In this document: positions 1 through 15,000 of the stretch, piece after piece
Layout of the letters: every line of letters starts with the position of its first letter
Position numbering within the stretch: the stretch's first letter is position 1
Assembly (NCBI GenBank): GCA_963676615.1
Contig: OY781092.1
Span: 1 to 64,000, forward strand
DNA: 64,000 bases
Reading direction: 5' to 3'
From: Candidatus Cloacimonadota bacterium
GTDB taxonomy: Bacteria; Cloacimonadota; Cloacimonadia; G963667145
Translations under genes and position numbers: made by a program
Notes under the pieces: model-generated
Databases searched by the model: none
Seen by the model: the letters and a program-made list of their open reading frames with translations, nothing else
What the model was told of the DNA's origin: nothing

Positions 1-1
1 T

Positions 2-3000
2 GTTGAAGTGGAATGGTCGCTGGATCATCGCACAAGAGGCATCGACAGCTTTAGGGTCTATCGCGACACACTTGGCGGCGAGATGGAAGAAGCGGACTAT
101 ATTCAAACGGTGAAAAGTTTCTCTGGCTTAACACACAAAATAAGCGATATGCTCGGCGCCGAGACTCAAGGCAAAGACACCTTGTTTAGCGGACAAAAAT
201 ATTCATACGCAATCAAAAGCTATGCAAATGGTTACGCTTCGAGCTTTACTTTGGCAGAAAATGTTGACACTGGCTGGGTCGCTTTGCCGATAGTGAGCCA
301 AGTCAGCGGCAGTTTTGCGCAGGCAGGTTCGCCAATCAGCGTCAGTTGGACGGCTGGCGAAAACATTTCGGAAGAAGTGAGCTATATCTATCGCCGAGTT
401 ACGCGAAAAGTGGGCGCAGAAGACACAATCTATGTCGATTCTACGGGCGGCAAACTCATCTCGGACACAACCATCAGCGATAACGACGGCTTGCAAGCGG
501 GAATGGTTTACGCTTATCAAGTGAAAGCGTTCAATAGCAAATATGTCGGAGTGGATCAAGGCGCAGACGAAGTCTGGAGCAACAAATCTGGTCAAGAGTT
601 GGGCAGCAGGGGAATGATAAGCTCCGCTTGGTCGCCTATCGGTTTTGCTGGGCAAAAATTTGACAAACCAACTCTTTATGTGGTTAACAATTTTGACAGC
701 TTGAAAGTTGACACGATTTTCCTAAAATGGGAGGCGGACGACCTTGTTACAGATTTTGTCGTAGAGGTGGACACGAGTGCAGATTTTGGCACAGCCAAAA
801 CTTTGGGCATTCCAAATAACAGCGAAAGGAGCTTGGACAGCTTTGCTTATGCTCCCACGGGCAAATTGCTGAAGGCGAAATATTATTATTTCAAACTGCA
901 AAAGCAAAACAACGAGATTAACTACGCAGCTTGGGATTCGGTTAAATCTGCTTGGTCGGATACCGACACGGGTTGGTCGAAACTTATCCCGCCTGTTGGC
1001 GTGAGCGCAAGCAGCGAGTTGGTGGACTCGATTTTGGTTAAATGGCAAAAATACGAATGGGGGACGCCAGTAGAATATGTGGTGGTTTCTCGCAGTTCGA
1101 ACGGAACATTTATTCCGAAAGACACTGTAGAAACAGACTCTCTCAAGTTTTACTCACCGTATATCCTAGGAGTAAAAACGATTGGCGTCTATACGCAAAG
1201 CGACGACTTTGGCAAATCGGACACCAGCGTTTTTGTGCAAGGAATGGGCAAGATAGAGCCGCCGAGTTATTCTGCCAGACCGACAAAAGGCGACTACTCC
1301 GATAGCGTTGTAATCGTGATGGATGAAAATGACGTAGATCCGTCGATGACCAGCTATCGACTGTTTTTCTCTAGCGACAAGAGCTCCTCGACTATTCAGA
1401 ACGACAAAGAAACCGACGAAAATTACATCGATTTCGACTCCAACAGAATTGTGCTGAAAGCCGAAACGGGCTTGCGCTCTGTTAATTATGGGCAAAAACT
1501 TTACATCAAAGTTGCTTGGTCGGTCGGTGGCATCTATTCCGACAAGTCGGAGCTGGACTCTGGCTGGACGAAGTTGCGCAAACCAGCTTTCTTTAGAGCG
1601 GGAACTCTTGGCGATCCGCTAGACACAATGGCGATTAAGCTCAACTGGACAAATCCACCAAACTTGGATTCGGTAGAGGTTTGGCGCACTACAATTAGCG
1701 ATAACAACTTTACTTTGCACAAAACGATTGCGGCAACGGGAGAAGAAGAAGCGGAATTTTTGGACACAATCCTAGAGCAAGACAGACGCAACTCGTATTA
1801 TTACAAAATCAGGGCGAAAAACGCTTTGTCAAACGCTGCGTCGCTGTTTACCGACTCGATTAAAGATTATGTGAAAGTTTATAGTATCCGAGATTTCTTT
1901 GCCAGCGACGGCACAAAGCAAGACACCGTGGCGCTGAGCTGGAAGGCGGATCTGGACTCCAACTTTACGATAAGAGTTTACGAGAATAACAGCTACACTT
2001 CGGCGGTAGATTCGATTAAACAACTCAAAACCAGCCAAGGCGAAAACTGGAAACCAGATGCGAGCAAATCGACTTATCCGGGATGTTGGTACTATTTCCG
2101 CATCAACCTAGAGGGCGACGAAAACAGCCCAGTTGTCAAATTTGCTGCGGTGGATAGCGGCTATGCAGCCATCCCAGAAGTTAGCAGAGACAGCGTCAAG
2201 GTCGTTTACGACACCAGCTTGATTGAATTGGGAACGCACACCAGCAATGTCGGCGACTCTGCCTACACAGAGTTTGACGCCAGTGGAGCTTTCAAAATCG
2301 ATTACATCAGCAAGATTTACATCAGCAAATACAGCGAGATTTTGGACAATTTCACCAGAATCGACACGCTGACAAAAACCAAGAAAACCACCAAAAGCAG
2401 AGCGTTGACTTTTGGCGAGATAAATCGTTATCAGCTGGAGTTCATCAATCAAATCGAGACTGGCTTTAAGCGGGAATATTACAGCTTTACGACTTTGCGC
2501 AAACCGTCCAAAATCACTTGGAACAGCGCTGAGCTGGCTTTTGAGAGCGTTAAGTTGCGAGTGGGCAAAGGCGAAAACGACGGCTCGCTGACAGACTCTC
2601 TGGTGCTTTATCGGAGCAGCAGCAACGGCAAAGACACTTTGGTTTTTGCGTGTCCAAAAGATGTGGACCCAGTGACGATAGTGGACGATAGAAAATTGGA
2701 GAAAGGCGTATTTTACAGCTACAAAGCGGCTTTGTATAACAACGAAACGGGGATTTCGGTAGTTTGCGACAGCGTCGATTCTGTCTTTGCAAAACTGAAA
2801 GCTCCTGTGTTCGACAGCGTCTCCAAGGGCGTTGCCAAAGATACGATTTACCTCCGCTGGAACTCTGTCGAGGGTGCAAAAGGCTACCGACTGTATAGCA
2901 ATACCGACTATCCGAACGGGAGCTATCAACTGCTCGAGATATTTACGAACAAAATTGACACATTCTACAAAGATACTCTCGTTTATGAGCAGTGCACAGA

Positions 3001-6000
3001 TATTTACTACAAACTCGTGACGGTTGGGCAAGACACGACCTCGCTGCTGAGCGATTGCGTGGCAGATTTTGGCAGCAGAGCGTTTAGGGGCGTGGACGAT
3101 CTTGTGACTGTGGATGTGCCGCAGCTTAGCCAAGTTAATTTGGAGTTCTCTGTGCCAGCGAGCGTGGCTCTCGCAAGTCCAACTCCAGAGGGAAGTTTCG
3201 AGAAAGGCGTGAAGCTCTACAGATACGACACCGTCAGCGTTGTGAACGACACGGCGAGCAAATATGTTGCGGCTGGCTTTACGGCAAACGAGATAGGAAA
3301 CGGCGCGTTCAGGCTCCAAGATGCAAACAACTTGTTGGTCGGACAGTTGTATTTCTATCGGGTGATGGTTAAACCTGCGGCTTCGAGCGAGGTGAGCGAT
3401 TTGTCTAATATCGTCAAAGGGTTTGTCTTGCCGCCAGCGGTAACGGCTCCGACAGCCAGTAGCGGCGAAAAAGTTGACACTATTCAGATTAAGTGGGAAA
3501 AACTGGACGCAGAAACTTTGGCTGGAGACACCGTCGCCGCTTATGTGATTTTGCGCTCAAGAGACGATTTCGCAACTTCCGACTCGATCGAGGTCGGCGG
3601 TAGCGACTCTGTGTTCCTAGATTTCGGCACGAAAATGGGTAGCGAGCTTTTGTCTGGCTACGACTACAGCTACCGAGTGCGAACAAAAGTGATAATCAGC
3701 GACAAAGACACAGGCGGAGCTTCTTTCGATACGACAATGTATTCTGGCTATTCCGAAATCGCCAGCGGTTGGGCGCAACTGGGCAAATTGAGCAGCAGCC
3801 AAGTGAGCGTGGTCAAAGGTTATGTGGCGAACATCAACAAAGTGTCGCCGCCAGCAGAAGAGGCCGACTCCATTCAAATAGATTTCAGCAGCTTGTCGGC
3901 TTCGGTCAAGTCGATAAATGTTTACAGAAGAGCACAAAATGTGGGCGAGTTTGCTTTTGTGGCAACGGCGGCAGTGAGTTCAAATAGTGCCAGCTATGTA
4001 GATACGCTGAACATCGACCGCAACAGGGGTAAAGTGCTTGAGTATCGCTTCAAGCTGATGGCGGATCACGAGGCGGCTTTGGCTTTCGACACCGTTGCGT
4101 TTACCAACTTGGCGGAGCCAACCGACTTCCATATGGTAAGCTCGGACACCAGCGGCGTGCGTTTCTTGGTGAGCGTTCCTAACAGTTTGTCAGCTGACTC
4201 TGTCCTTTTGTCTCGGTTCGATTTGGCTGGAACGATTAAAGATAGTATGCTGTATGCTGTTGATAACCAAACGGTTGTGCAAATAAAAGATTCCACGGGA
4301 ACGCCGGGCGAACTGTTTGAGTATAAAGTTGCTCTGTTCGACGATGCCACGGGATACACGCCTTATAGCTCCACCAAAGATACGGCAGGAAAAGCTATTG
4401 CGCCAGTTCAGTTTGTAGAAATTTGGAAAGGCGAGAGCGAAGATAGCATCTACATTGTGTGGAACAAAAGCGACGACGCTACTGGCTATTTGCTCATCCG
4501 CAACGAAAGTGGCGCAAACGCTGTTACAGAAAGGGTTTACGACTCGCTGTATCGCTCGAATTCTGCCGCCGATACATTCTATGCAGACAAGAGAGATTTC
4601 CCTGCGGGCAAGTATATTTACTACAAAGTTGTGACTATCGGCAAAAACACCAGATCTGCGCAATCTGACGCCGACTATGGCTATCTGAAATACGGTGGCA
4701 TCAAAGATTTGGAAGTGAAAGGTTGGTCGCAAAATATGTCTGCGGACAGCTTGCAGATGAGCTGGAGCATCCCTAGCGCGATTTCGATCGACTCGGTCTT
4801 TGTTTCTCGATTAACTAGCGCCGATTCTAGCGAAAATATTGACACTTTGGCAGCGAATAGATTGCCATATCAGACGGTTATGCAAAGAGTTAGCTCTGTT
4901 ACAGAAGACGAGTATGAGCGCTACACATATTTGAACGCGACCGCAAGCCAAGATTTGCTCTTGGGGCAGTTGTATTTCTATCGTGTAACTGTGAAAGTTA
5001 AGGGCATAAGCGACGATATTGAGCCGTCGAACCTCGGCATCGGCTACCTTTCTCTGCCAAAAGTGAAAAATGTTTATGCGACAAAAGCTGAGGGCGATAG
5101 CATCATTATCACTTGGGCAAAAGTTCCAGATGTGAAAGGTGGCGATGTTGACAGCTATTTCGTCTATCGTTCGGACGGCAAAATGGTGAGCTTGGCTGGA
5201 AGCGTGGAAGAGTTCAAAGATTACAGCGTTGGCTCTTCGCCTTTTGGCACTTTGCTAAAGAAAGGGGACGAGTATAAATATTCAGTAGTGGCGAAAATCG
5301 ATCTGCGCCAAGACACCCTGCCGGGTAGCACTCCAGGCTATTTCGTCAAAGAGCTTTTGAGCCCAGCTTCCGATTCGGCTATGGGTTACACATCGCCAGA
5401 GGCTGCAGTTTTGGAGAGTGTGAGCGAAGGCACCGCAATCGATACTATCGTTGTGGAATACACTTCGCCAACAGGAGCCGACCAGATTTTGCTCTACAGA
5501 AAATTACACAGCGAAAGCGAGTGGAGATCTATCGGAGAGTTGCAAAATGGTCAAGTTAGCACCAAATATAACGACACCTTGATCGATTTGGGCGTGAAAT
5601 ACGACTACAAGATTTTGGTTAGCAAGGGCATCGGCGAAAGATGGTCGAGCGTTGACAGCGGCTACAGCTTGCTGGGTGCGCCAGACAGCATTTTGATTGC
5701 CAACAACGGCAAAAACGCCGACAAGATTGTCTTGCAGATTTTTTCGCCGAACAGAGCCAAATATCAAGATTCGATAGTTGTGCATAGGACAGCGACAACC
5801 AGCGGCAGCAATGATTCTGCGTCTTATCACATTGCGTCGCCGATAGCCGCAAATGTGTATGTGATAGAAGATACTGCGGGCATTATTCAGGGAACTTTCT
5901 ATCAATACAAAGTGAAGTTCCGCAACGATTTGGGTGACAGTCCGTATAAATCTGCCAAAAACAGCAAAGCTTTTGCAAAATTGACCGTTCCGCAACTAGA

Positions 6001-9000
6001 GAGCGTGAGCCGTAGCCAATGGGCGGACACGATTAAACTGGTGTGGAACAAGATAGCGGACGCCAAAAATGGCTACGCAATCTGGGTGGACTCTGCTCTT
6101 GGCACAGACGGAAGCGATCCGAGCACTTATGGAATAATTGACAGCACGGACGCAGAAGGCGACACTTTCTACTTTGACTCCAACAGCTTCTTGCCAGAGC
6201 AACAAGTTTACTACAAAGTGCAAGCTTTGGGAACAGACACCAGCTCGGCTTTGTCCGACTTCGACTGGGGAACTTGCAAATACGAGGGCGTCGATAGTTT
6301 GTTCTTCGACCGCTCAAATCCAAAAGTTGACTCAATCTATTTGAGCTGGACGATTCCGACGACGATAGCCAGCCCGACGATTGAGCTGTATCGCTACGAC
6401 ACCGCCAGCACGACAAATCAGTTGAACGACAAATACAAAATGCAAAATCAGGCGTCGTATAAGGCTTTGGGCAGCGACACGCTTTTCTACACATTCGAGG
6501 AGCCCGCCAGCGAAGACTTTACGATTGGCAACCTCTACTTCTATCGCTGTCAGGTAATCGTCAAAGGTGCACCATCGGACGCTTGCGCTCCAGCGCTTGG
6601 ATTCTTGGCGATGCCACGGGTGGACAGCTTGTTCGCCACAAAAGGCCGCATCTTCAGTCCAGAGGTTACCCCGCTCACAGATAGCGTGGTTATCAGCTGG
6701 AAGGCGATCGAATATTTCGACGAGAACAACAACTCGCTACGATACATCTTGAGCAAATATGACGAAACGGGCGTTAAGCTAGGCGAAACGACGCTCACAG
6801 ACACCAAATACACCGAAAAAGCGGGAGCGGCGATTGGCAGCTTTGAAAAAGGCAAAAACTACCTTTACAGCGTAAAAGCGACTTGTGAAATCGATGAAGC
6901 AATCCCAGGTGGTGAAACTTTCAAACGCACGCTGACATCAAAAGACTCGATGCTGGTTGTGGGCTACACCTTCCCAGAGAGCGCCGAGATTATCGACGCC
7001 AGCAGAGGCAGCAAGGTTGACACCATCGCTATCGAGTACAAAACGCCAAAATACGCCGACTCGATTGTGCTGTATCGGACGAACTCTGGCAACATCGCTT
7101 TGCGGATCGACACCTTGTCTGCCGAAAAAACGAACGCTCAATTCGACGACGACGATCGCCAGTTGATACCAGGAGCGGAGTATCGCTACGAGATTAAAGT
7201 TTACAAAAATGGAATGGCGAGCAGCAGCAACATCGACACAGGTTTTGCCGAACTCTCTGCGCCAGATAGCGTTTGGTGGTTGCAACAGCCAAACCAATAT
7301 GCCAGCGGCTACGACGACACCAGCAAGATAAATATCGCTTGGAACAAAGTTGAAGACGCTCACGGTTATTGGCTGTATCTGAGCAAGAGCAGCTTGTTAA
7401 GCAACTTTGAGCCGCTAGACAGCGTCCAAATCGCTAACGCTGCAGACACGCAATACGCTTATACCCCAAAAGATTTTCTGAATAGCCCAGACAGCATCTA
7501 CGACTACTATTTAGTGGTGAAATCTTATTTGGAAGAGCAAAACGACAAAGTGCGCTTCTCGGCTGTTTCTATGCAAGACACAGGCGTGCTGGCGAGCCAT
7601 TCTGTGATTGGTCTTGGCGCACAATACAACGAAACCGAAGGTAAGATTGAGGTTAGCTGGAACGAATTGTGGACAGACTACGAAACAAGCGAAGTTGACT
7701 CTTTCTCTATCTATCAAGCGGAAAACAGCAAAAAAGTCGGTGCGTTTAGCAAGGTAGCATCTACGAGCGATAAGAATGCAAAATCTATCTATATTGCCAG
7801 CGACAAAACCCAAGCGGGCAACTTCTACTATTACAAAGTGAAAGTGCATTACAATAACGACAAAGGCACTTCGATCTTCTCGCCAGTGACCGACCAAAAC
7901 GCAGATGTGCCTCTGGGCGGAGTCTCTTTGCGGGTGAGCAAAGGCGAAGAGAAACTTACGGTTGTCTTCGATACGATTGCCAGAGCCACCAGCTATAAGC
8001 TCTACAAAAATTTGGACACTTTGCCGAATTTGATGGGAGCGCCAATAAAAGAATGGAGCGCAGCGGAGGCGAGGGCAGAAGCCAGCGGCGATTCTGTCGT
8101 GTGGACAGACATCTCTGTGGCAGAGGGCAAAATCTATTACTACGCAATGGTGGCAGAGCGTGTGGTGAATGTTGACGGCGAAGATTTGCTTATCCAAAGC
8201 GAGATTGGTTTTGTGCCGTCGGAGAGAAAATGCGGCTATATCCAAAGCAAAATGCGGAAGATTGACTTCAACTTTATGGAAGGAGGACTGAAGCTGAGTT
8301 GGTCGCGCGAACAGAACTTTGCCGCAGGTGTTGACCCGCAATATTTCCAAATGTCAAGAGGCATTTCGCCAAATGTGGGCAGCTATGAAAATATTTCTGC
8401 TGACTTGCAAAAGGAACCTGAAGGCGACAATGTTATCTACACCCTCAAAGACAGCGCAACGAGTGTGTTCTCTTCTGCTTTGGAAGTCGGGAAAACTTAT
8501 CGTTATTTGCTGCGTGCCAGAGTGACCAGCACGCTCAAAGATACGCTATATATCACCTCGGACACGATGAATATGCTCTACGACTATCTGTGGAAAAACG
8601 ACACCGCCAGCTTGAACGACAACTTTCGGTTGAGCACGGAGTTTGAGGACAAAATCGAGCTTTCGTTTGACAAATTCTTGCCGCAAAGAGGTCCAAGCGA
8701 TTACGACACGATTGGCATTACGCCAGACACTTTGAGCAAATATATAGTTGTCCGAGTTAAAAAGAATTTTGACAGTGAAGAAGGTTATCTTCAGATATAT
8801 GATAAGCTTGCCAAAGGTGATACAACAAACGGTGAATATGATTTAAGTCAGATGTTTATTTTAACATACAGTGATTTCTACCACGAAGATTTGGAAGACG
8901 GAAACCAAATATTAACTTTCGTTGATAATGGGAAAACCGGGGTATACCCTAATAGACCGTTGGAGCAAGGCGTCGAGTACCTCTACTATGTGCTTGGGTA

Positions 9001-12000
9001 TATCGAATATGGCGACGACCCAGTTTTTATTTCAAGGCCATTATATGACTTTAACCTCTTAGGTTGGCTGGCTATCCCTGGATTTGAGCTGACGGGGGCG
9101 AGGTATATCGAAGACGGTGTAAAGAGAGAGGGAATCGAGATTATCTGGAAAAAGCCAGGTTCAAACGACAATATTTACAAAATAGGCAGATCGACTTCGC
9201 CAAACTTTGCAGCTGTTCCGCCAGATACGGTTGTGGTTGGCACAGGCAGCGACTTGGTCGTTGGCGACACAATGTTTTTGGACTCCAACAGGGTCAACAG
9301 TCCTTTGGGCGCAACCGAGATGGGCGTGCGCTACTATTATCGCCTGCAAAGAGGCACCAAAACCGTGAGCGACGAGACAATCTATTCCGAGTGGAGCGAG
9401 CCGATTTCGTTCGTCTATGGTGTAGAAGACGGAGTGTATAAGATCAGCACCCCTAGAGAGTTCAACAGCTTGGCTGGGCAGTTCGCAGAAGGCAACATAA
9501 GCGACCGTATCTATGTGCAGATGATAAACGACATCGAGCTTGCTGGGATAGACACGCTGGCGCCGATGGGAACAGATGCTCATCCGTTCTCTGGCGAGTT
9601 TGACGGACAAGGGCATACAGTGAACATTGGGGATTATAAAGATTCCGACAGAACTGGTCTGTTTGGCGTGATTAACACAGCTATGTTGCACGATATGAAT
9701 GTTATATATGACACAGACATTAAGGTTACTCAGGGGTATTTTGGTGGAGTAGTGGCAGAGGTGCGAGGCGAAAATGAACTAGGAAACATCTATGTGAAGC
9801 TGCAAATGGTTGATAGCGATGGCGACTATTTGGGCGGAATGATCGGCGGCGGAGAAGGTAGCGTGAATGCCAAGAGCGACTCTGTAGACCTGGCAGGCTA
9901 TTTAAAAAGCAACGGATATTTGGGCGGTTTTGCGGGGCAACTCAGGGGCAACAGCTCGATAACCGACTGCAAGATTAAAATTGCTATTGGGAAATATCTT
10001 TATGCTGGTTCTCACGCTGGCTCTTTTGTTGGCTATTTCGGTGGACAGATGCAAAATGTAAGAGTTGATGGTAATCTTATGTTGTACCAAAATAATGACA
10101 ATCTGCATCGTGAAGCTAGCTATGGTGGTTTGGTTGGAGCGGATATGGAAGGTTCGACTTACGACAGCGTTGTTTTTGCTGGTGCTGTGCAGATAAGGTT
10201 CAAAGGGAAAGCAAACAACGCTTATATTGGCGGTGTAGTGGGGCACAGCAGAGCCAGCCAGATAAAAAACATTTACTTTGAGCATCAAAATATTGAGGTG
10301 ACGACAACTACTGGAACAGAAAACGCTGCGGCTGGCGGAGTTGTCGGCAAGTTTAGCGCCCAGAATGGACATATCGAAAGAGTAGATTTCTCCACAAGAG
10401 GTTCTGTGCTATCGACGATAACCTCTGGCGTTGGCTACTCGGGAATGTTGATTGGTTGGGACGACGGCAACGCAACGAGCGTTGGCACAGACGGCGACAC
10501 AATAACTTTGAGCAATTTGAGTTCTTCTGGTTTGAAGGTCAACTGTTCCAATTATGATGGAGGTGTAGGTTATGTTGGTGGAGCGGTTGGTAAAACCAAA
10601 AATATTTCTCTGAAAAATGTAGAGATTCGAGAGCTTGAACCTTCTGTAGTAAAATGTGATGGCTATGTGGGCGGAGCTGTGGGATATGACGAAGGCGCTA
10701 GCTACGAAAATGTGCGGGTCTTGAATGGTGTTAACTTTGCCATTGGAATTGGAAATGCAAACAGCTTTACTGTTGGTGGTTTGGTGGGATATTCTCAGGC
10801 ACAATCGACAGAAAACTGCTCTGTGGCAGCTGGTTTTGATTTTAGTCATTCGTCGTTTGCGAGTATCGAAAACCCCAAGGTGATTGGTGGAGTTTTTGGG
10901 CATCGCCAAGGAGCAGTTGTGGCTGGTGGAGAGAAGTTGAGTTTTAGCACATTTAAGATGAACTTAGGAGACAGCTCTTATATTGGTGGCTATGCGGGAA
11001 TTTTGGAGGTCAGCGACTTGAAAATCAGCACAGACGATATCGCAGAAATAGACTGGACTGCAAGTCAGATAGTTGTGGATAAAAATTCGGCAATTGGTGG
11101 TTTGGTGGGCAAACTCACGGTAAACAATAAGATGAATTTGGACTATCAAGGCGCAGTAAAAATGAAGGTGGCTGCTCTTGATGGCTCTGTGGTTGGTGGT
11201 TTGGTCGGAGAGATGTCGGCGGTGCTCGGTGCGACTCTGGTGGACACCAGTGCGGATGGAATCGTGTTAGATTTAGGCGGTTCTACTAGAGCAAGTCGTG
11301 CTGGAGCGCTGATTGGTGAGGTCACTAGAGGGACGATGAGTGGTTTGTGCGCTAGAGCAGAAATTAAAAACTACGGAATTGTCGGTGGTCTCATCGGCAA
11401 GATGAGCGGCACCGCTAAGCTGACCAAATCTTATGTCGATGACAAAATAACCATAGAAGGTGTGTATCGTGGAGGTGGTTTGGTCGGAGAGTTGGCTACC
11501 GAAAGCACCGCGGGAATTGACCAATCTTATGTCTATGGTATAGATTGCGGCACACAATATATCGAGAATTTTGGTCTTTTGGTCGGAAAGATGAGCAGTG
11601 GGCAAATAGCGACCTCTTACGCAATATTGAACGATTTAGTGAATGTTAATGCGGGACAATTTGTCGGAGAGATGACAGGCGGCAAGATCGAAAACAGCTA
11701 CGCTATCGCAAACACAAGAGCGGGCACCCCAATCACGAAAAAGGTGGCGAACTATATTGATGGCGACACCTCTGGGGCGATAGACACAGAGCACGAAATT
11801 TTGCTTTCGGACAAAATCCTCGGACAGTCAGCTTTTGCTATGCCAGGGAACTTTTTTTCCTATCCAATTTTGATTTATAATCAGAGAATTATCGATACTT
11901 CGATTTTGTGTAACAGCCTAAAGATGAACCAAGACGCATCGCACAACTATCTGGTAGAAAAACCTATCCAGCTGGACGCTATCGGCGATGCGCGTTTGCT

Positions 12001-15000
12001 GGGACAAGATTACGAAAATTTGGGTAGGTTGCCAGAAGGCTTATCGCTCCATAAAAACTACAAATTGAATAACAATTTGGACTTCACAGGTTACACTGGC
12101 TACACGCCGATAGGTTATGCGGAGCAAAACAAACAGTTCAGTGGAATATTTGATGGCAACGGCAAAACGATAAGCAACCTCGACCTTTCGTATAACAACC
12201 TTGGCAAGAGCGGGTCTGCATCTTATCGAGGATTGTTTGGACTATTGGGCGGAAGCGCAGAAGTAAAGAACTTGCGAATGACAAAGGCAAAAATCTCGCT
12301 ACCTTCGGGATCTAATGTTGCGGTGATTTGCGGCAAGATGAACGCGGGGAAGATTGAGGAAGTGCAAGTTGACTCTTCTGTAGTCTATTTGGCTGCAGGA
12401 GAAGGAGCGGCAGCTATCTGTGCAGAAATGGATCAGGGACAGATTAGTAATGTGAGCACTATCGGCAACGAAATCGGAGCGCTTAGGAGCTCTGCGGCGA
12501 TTGCGGCGACGATGAACAGTGGGTTTATTACAAAAGCGGTTTGTATCGCCGATAGTGTCTCTGGCTTTATCGGAGATGCTGGCGGCATAGTCGCCTCGTT
12601 GTCTAGCGGCAACATAGATGGCGTGGTCTCTGCGGCGAGGGCGCTGCAAGGTAGTAGTGTCTATAAAGTTGCGCAAAATAACGGTGGCAACATAAACGAA
12701 GCTTACACACTTGGCGAGACCAACTGCATAATCGGCGGCGAAACCACCTGGAAGCTTGGGCAAGGCAAAACTCTTGAAGATGGGCAAAACTTCTATGCCG
12801 ACCTGACTACCGCGCAGAATCTTGTCGATAGCTTGGGCTTGGATGACATTTTGTGGAGGAAATCGAATATAACGAGTACTTTGCCAACTTTAGCTAAATT
12901 TAACAGCAGTGTATATACCCTCGAAGACGGAGAAATCTTGGGACCTTTGGGGCAGCTACAAGAGACGATGTCTATCTCCACTCCGCTGGAATTGGCGTTT
13001 TTAGGAGCGACCTCTAACAGCACGACGACAAAAAAGTTTGTGCTGACGGATAATATCGTGTTTGGCGAAGACGACGACTTTTCGCTCGGCGATGGTAATT
13101 TTGAGGCAATTCTGGATTTTAGTGATACGCTTGATGGCGCTGGTCATACAATTAAAGGGTTAAATATTGCAGGGAGTGGACTTTTCGGTGTAATTAACAA
13201 CGGGAAAGTAAAAAACATCGGCTTTATAGATTGCCAAGTCTCTAGTTCGGAAAACAACGCCGTTGCTGGTATGGTGGCAGGGGAGATTGACGGAGGCGAA
13301 ATCTCTGATGTGTATGTAGCCGACTGTAAGGTCGAAAACACTAATACCACTAATCAAACTGGAGCGGTTATTGGACAAATTGACAACAGCACAATCTCTA
13401 GGGTAATAGCTTTAAACAATGAGGTGTCTGGTGCAGACTCTACTAAAAGCGCAGGATTAGTTGGAAAAGCAGATAACAGCACGATAAAGTATGTTGTTTG
13501 CTTCAACAAGAGTAAAGAGATTGAGAGAGTTTTTGCCGAGATCGACGCAAATTCGACAACAGAGAGCATCTTTGCATGGCAGAAGAATAGAGACGAGGAG
13601 AACAATTTAACCGAAAGACATTCCAAAGATGGCATGTCGCTCACCTTTTCAGAGATATTGCGAAGTAAAGGGGTTATGTATACAAATTTCCTTAATAATG
13701 AAGCTTGGAGTTGGGAAAATTATGAAAGCGAAGACTGGCAGTGTGCGCCGAGGCTTGCTCATATGACCATAGAAGACGCAAGCCCAGAGTTGTTCCGCTT
13801 TGCCAGAGGAAATGGGGATGCCTCTAATTCGTTTGTTATCAAGGATGTAGAGCAGTTGGATTTAGTTCGTTGTTTTTTCGTTTCTGGTTATAACTTCGAA
13901 TTGGGAGCGAACCTAGATTGCAACGATTACGAAGCTGGAGACGAGAAGATTAGCTGGCAGCCTTTTATTGGTTTTTCTACAGACTCCGCATTTGTAGGAG
14001 TGTTTGATGGCAACGGCTATAGCATCTCTAACCTAGTAACACTAGCGCCAGGAGGTTTGTTTCATACTATTGCATCTAGCTCAAGGGTAGAAAATCTAAC
14101 TTTTTACGATGCGCACATAAAGTCAGGTGTTTCTGGAGTTGTAGCCATAACAAATCAAGGCGAAATCTCTAATGTGTTGGTAAAAAATAGCAAAGTTACG
14201 GATGAAGAATTCAATAGTGGCGATGATTACAAAGGTATGGGTATGCTTGTTGCAGATAACCAAGGCGTTGTAAAGTATTGTATCTCTGCGGGCAACAAGA
14301 TTATCAGGGATCACACAGCAGATGAAGACAAACACGAAGGAATGCTTATCGGCAAGAATTCGAACGAGGCTGAAATCTTCAATTGCGTGTCTGTAGGCGA
14401 CTCTATGTCCACGGCAGTCGATGGCTCTGCCCATAGGGTCGTAGGAGACAGCTCCGGAACGATAAAAAACAACTACGCCTACAGCGGGACACTTATAAAC
14501 GACATAGTCTTGCCATATTCTAAGACTGGATTTGACACAAGGAATGGGCGCTCAACTTCTCGTTTGGCTTATAGAAAGGCGTTTTATGAAAATCTTAGTA
14601 TAGATGTGGACGGTGCTTTCCGTTGGCCAGACTCCAACAATCCGACTCTTGTGTATGTGCCCGTGGGCAAAAATGTGCCAGCCGCCAAAGATGAGGGCTA
14701 TGTCTTTTTGGGAGAGGGAGACCCGAACACCTTTAGCCAAGGAGACGGAACTATGGCGAACCCTTATCTCGTGGAAGATAGAATCGACTTAGATAATATC
14801 CGCTACGGACTTGAACTAAATTACAAACTTGTCGAAAATATCAATGTCAGTGTGAATAAATTTAAGCCTTTAGGAACGAAAGATGCGCCATTCCGAGGAA
14901 CTTTCGATGGCGACTATCACTCAGTTAGCGCTATTAACCACATAGTGATTGCCGATGGCGAAGCAGGACTGTTTGGCTATTTGCAGGCAGACAAGGAAAA

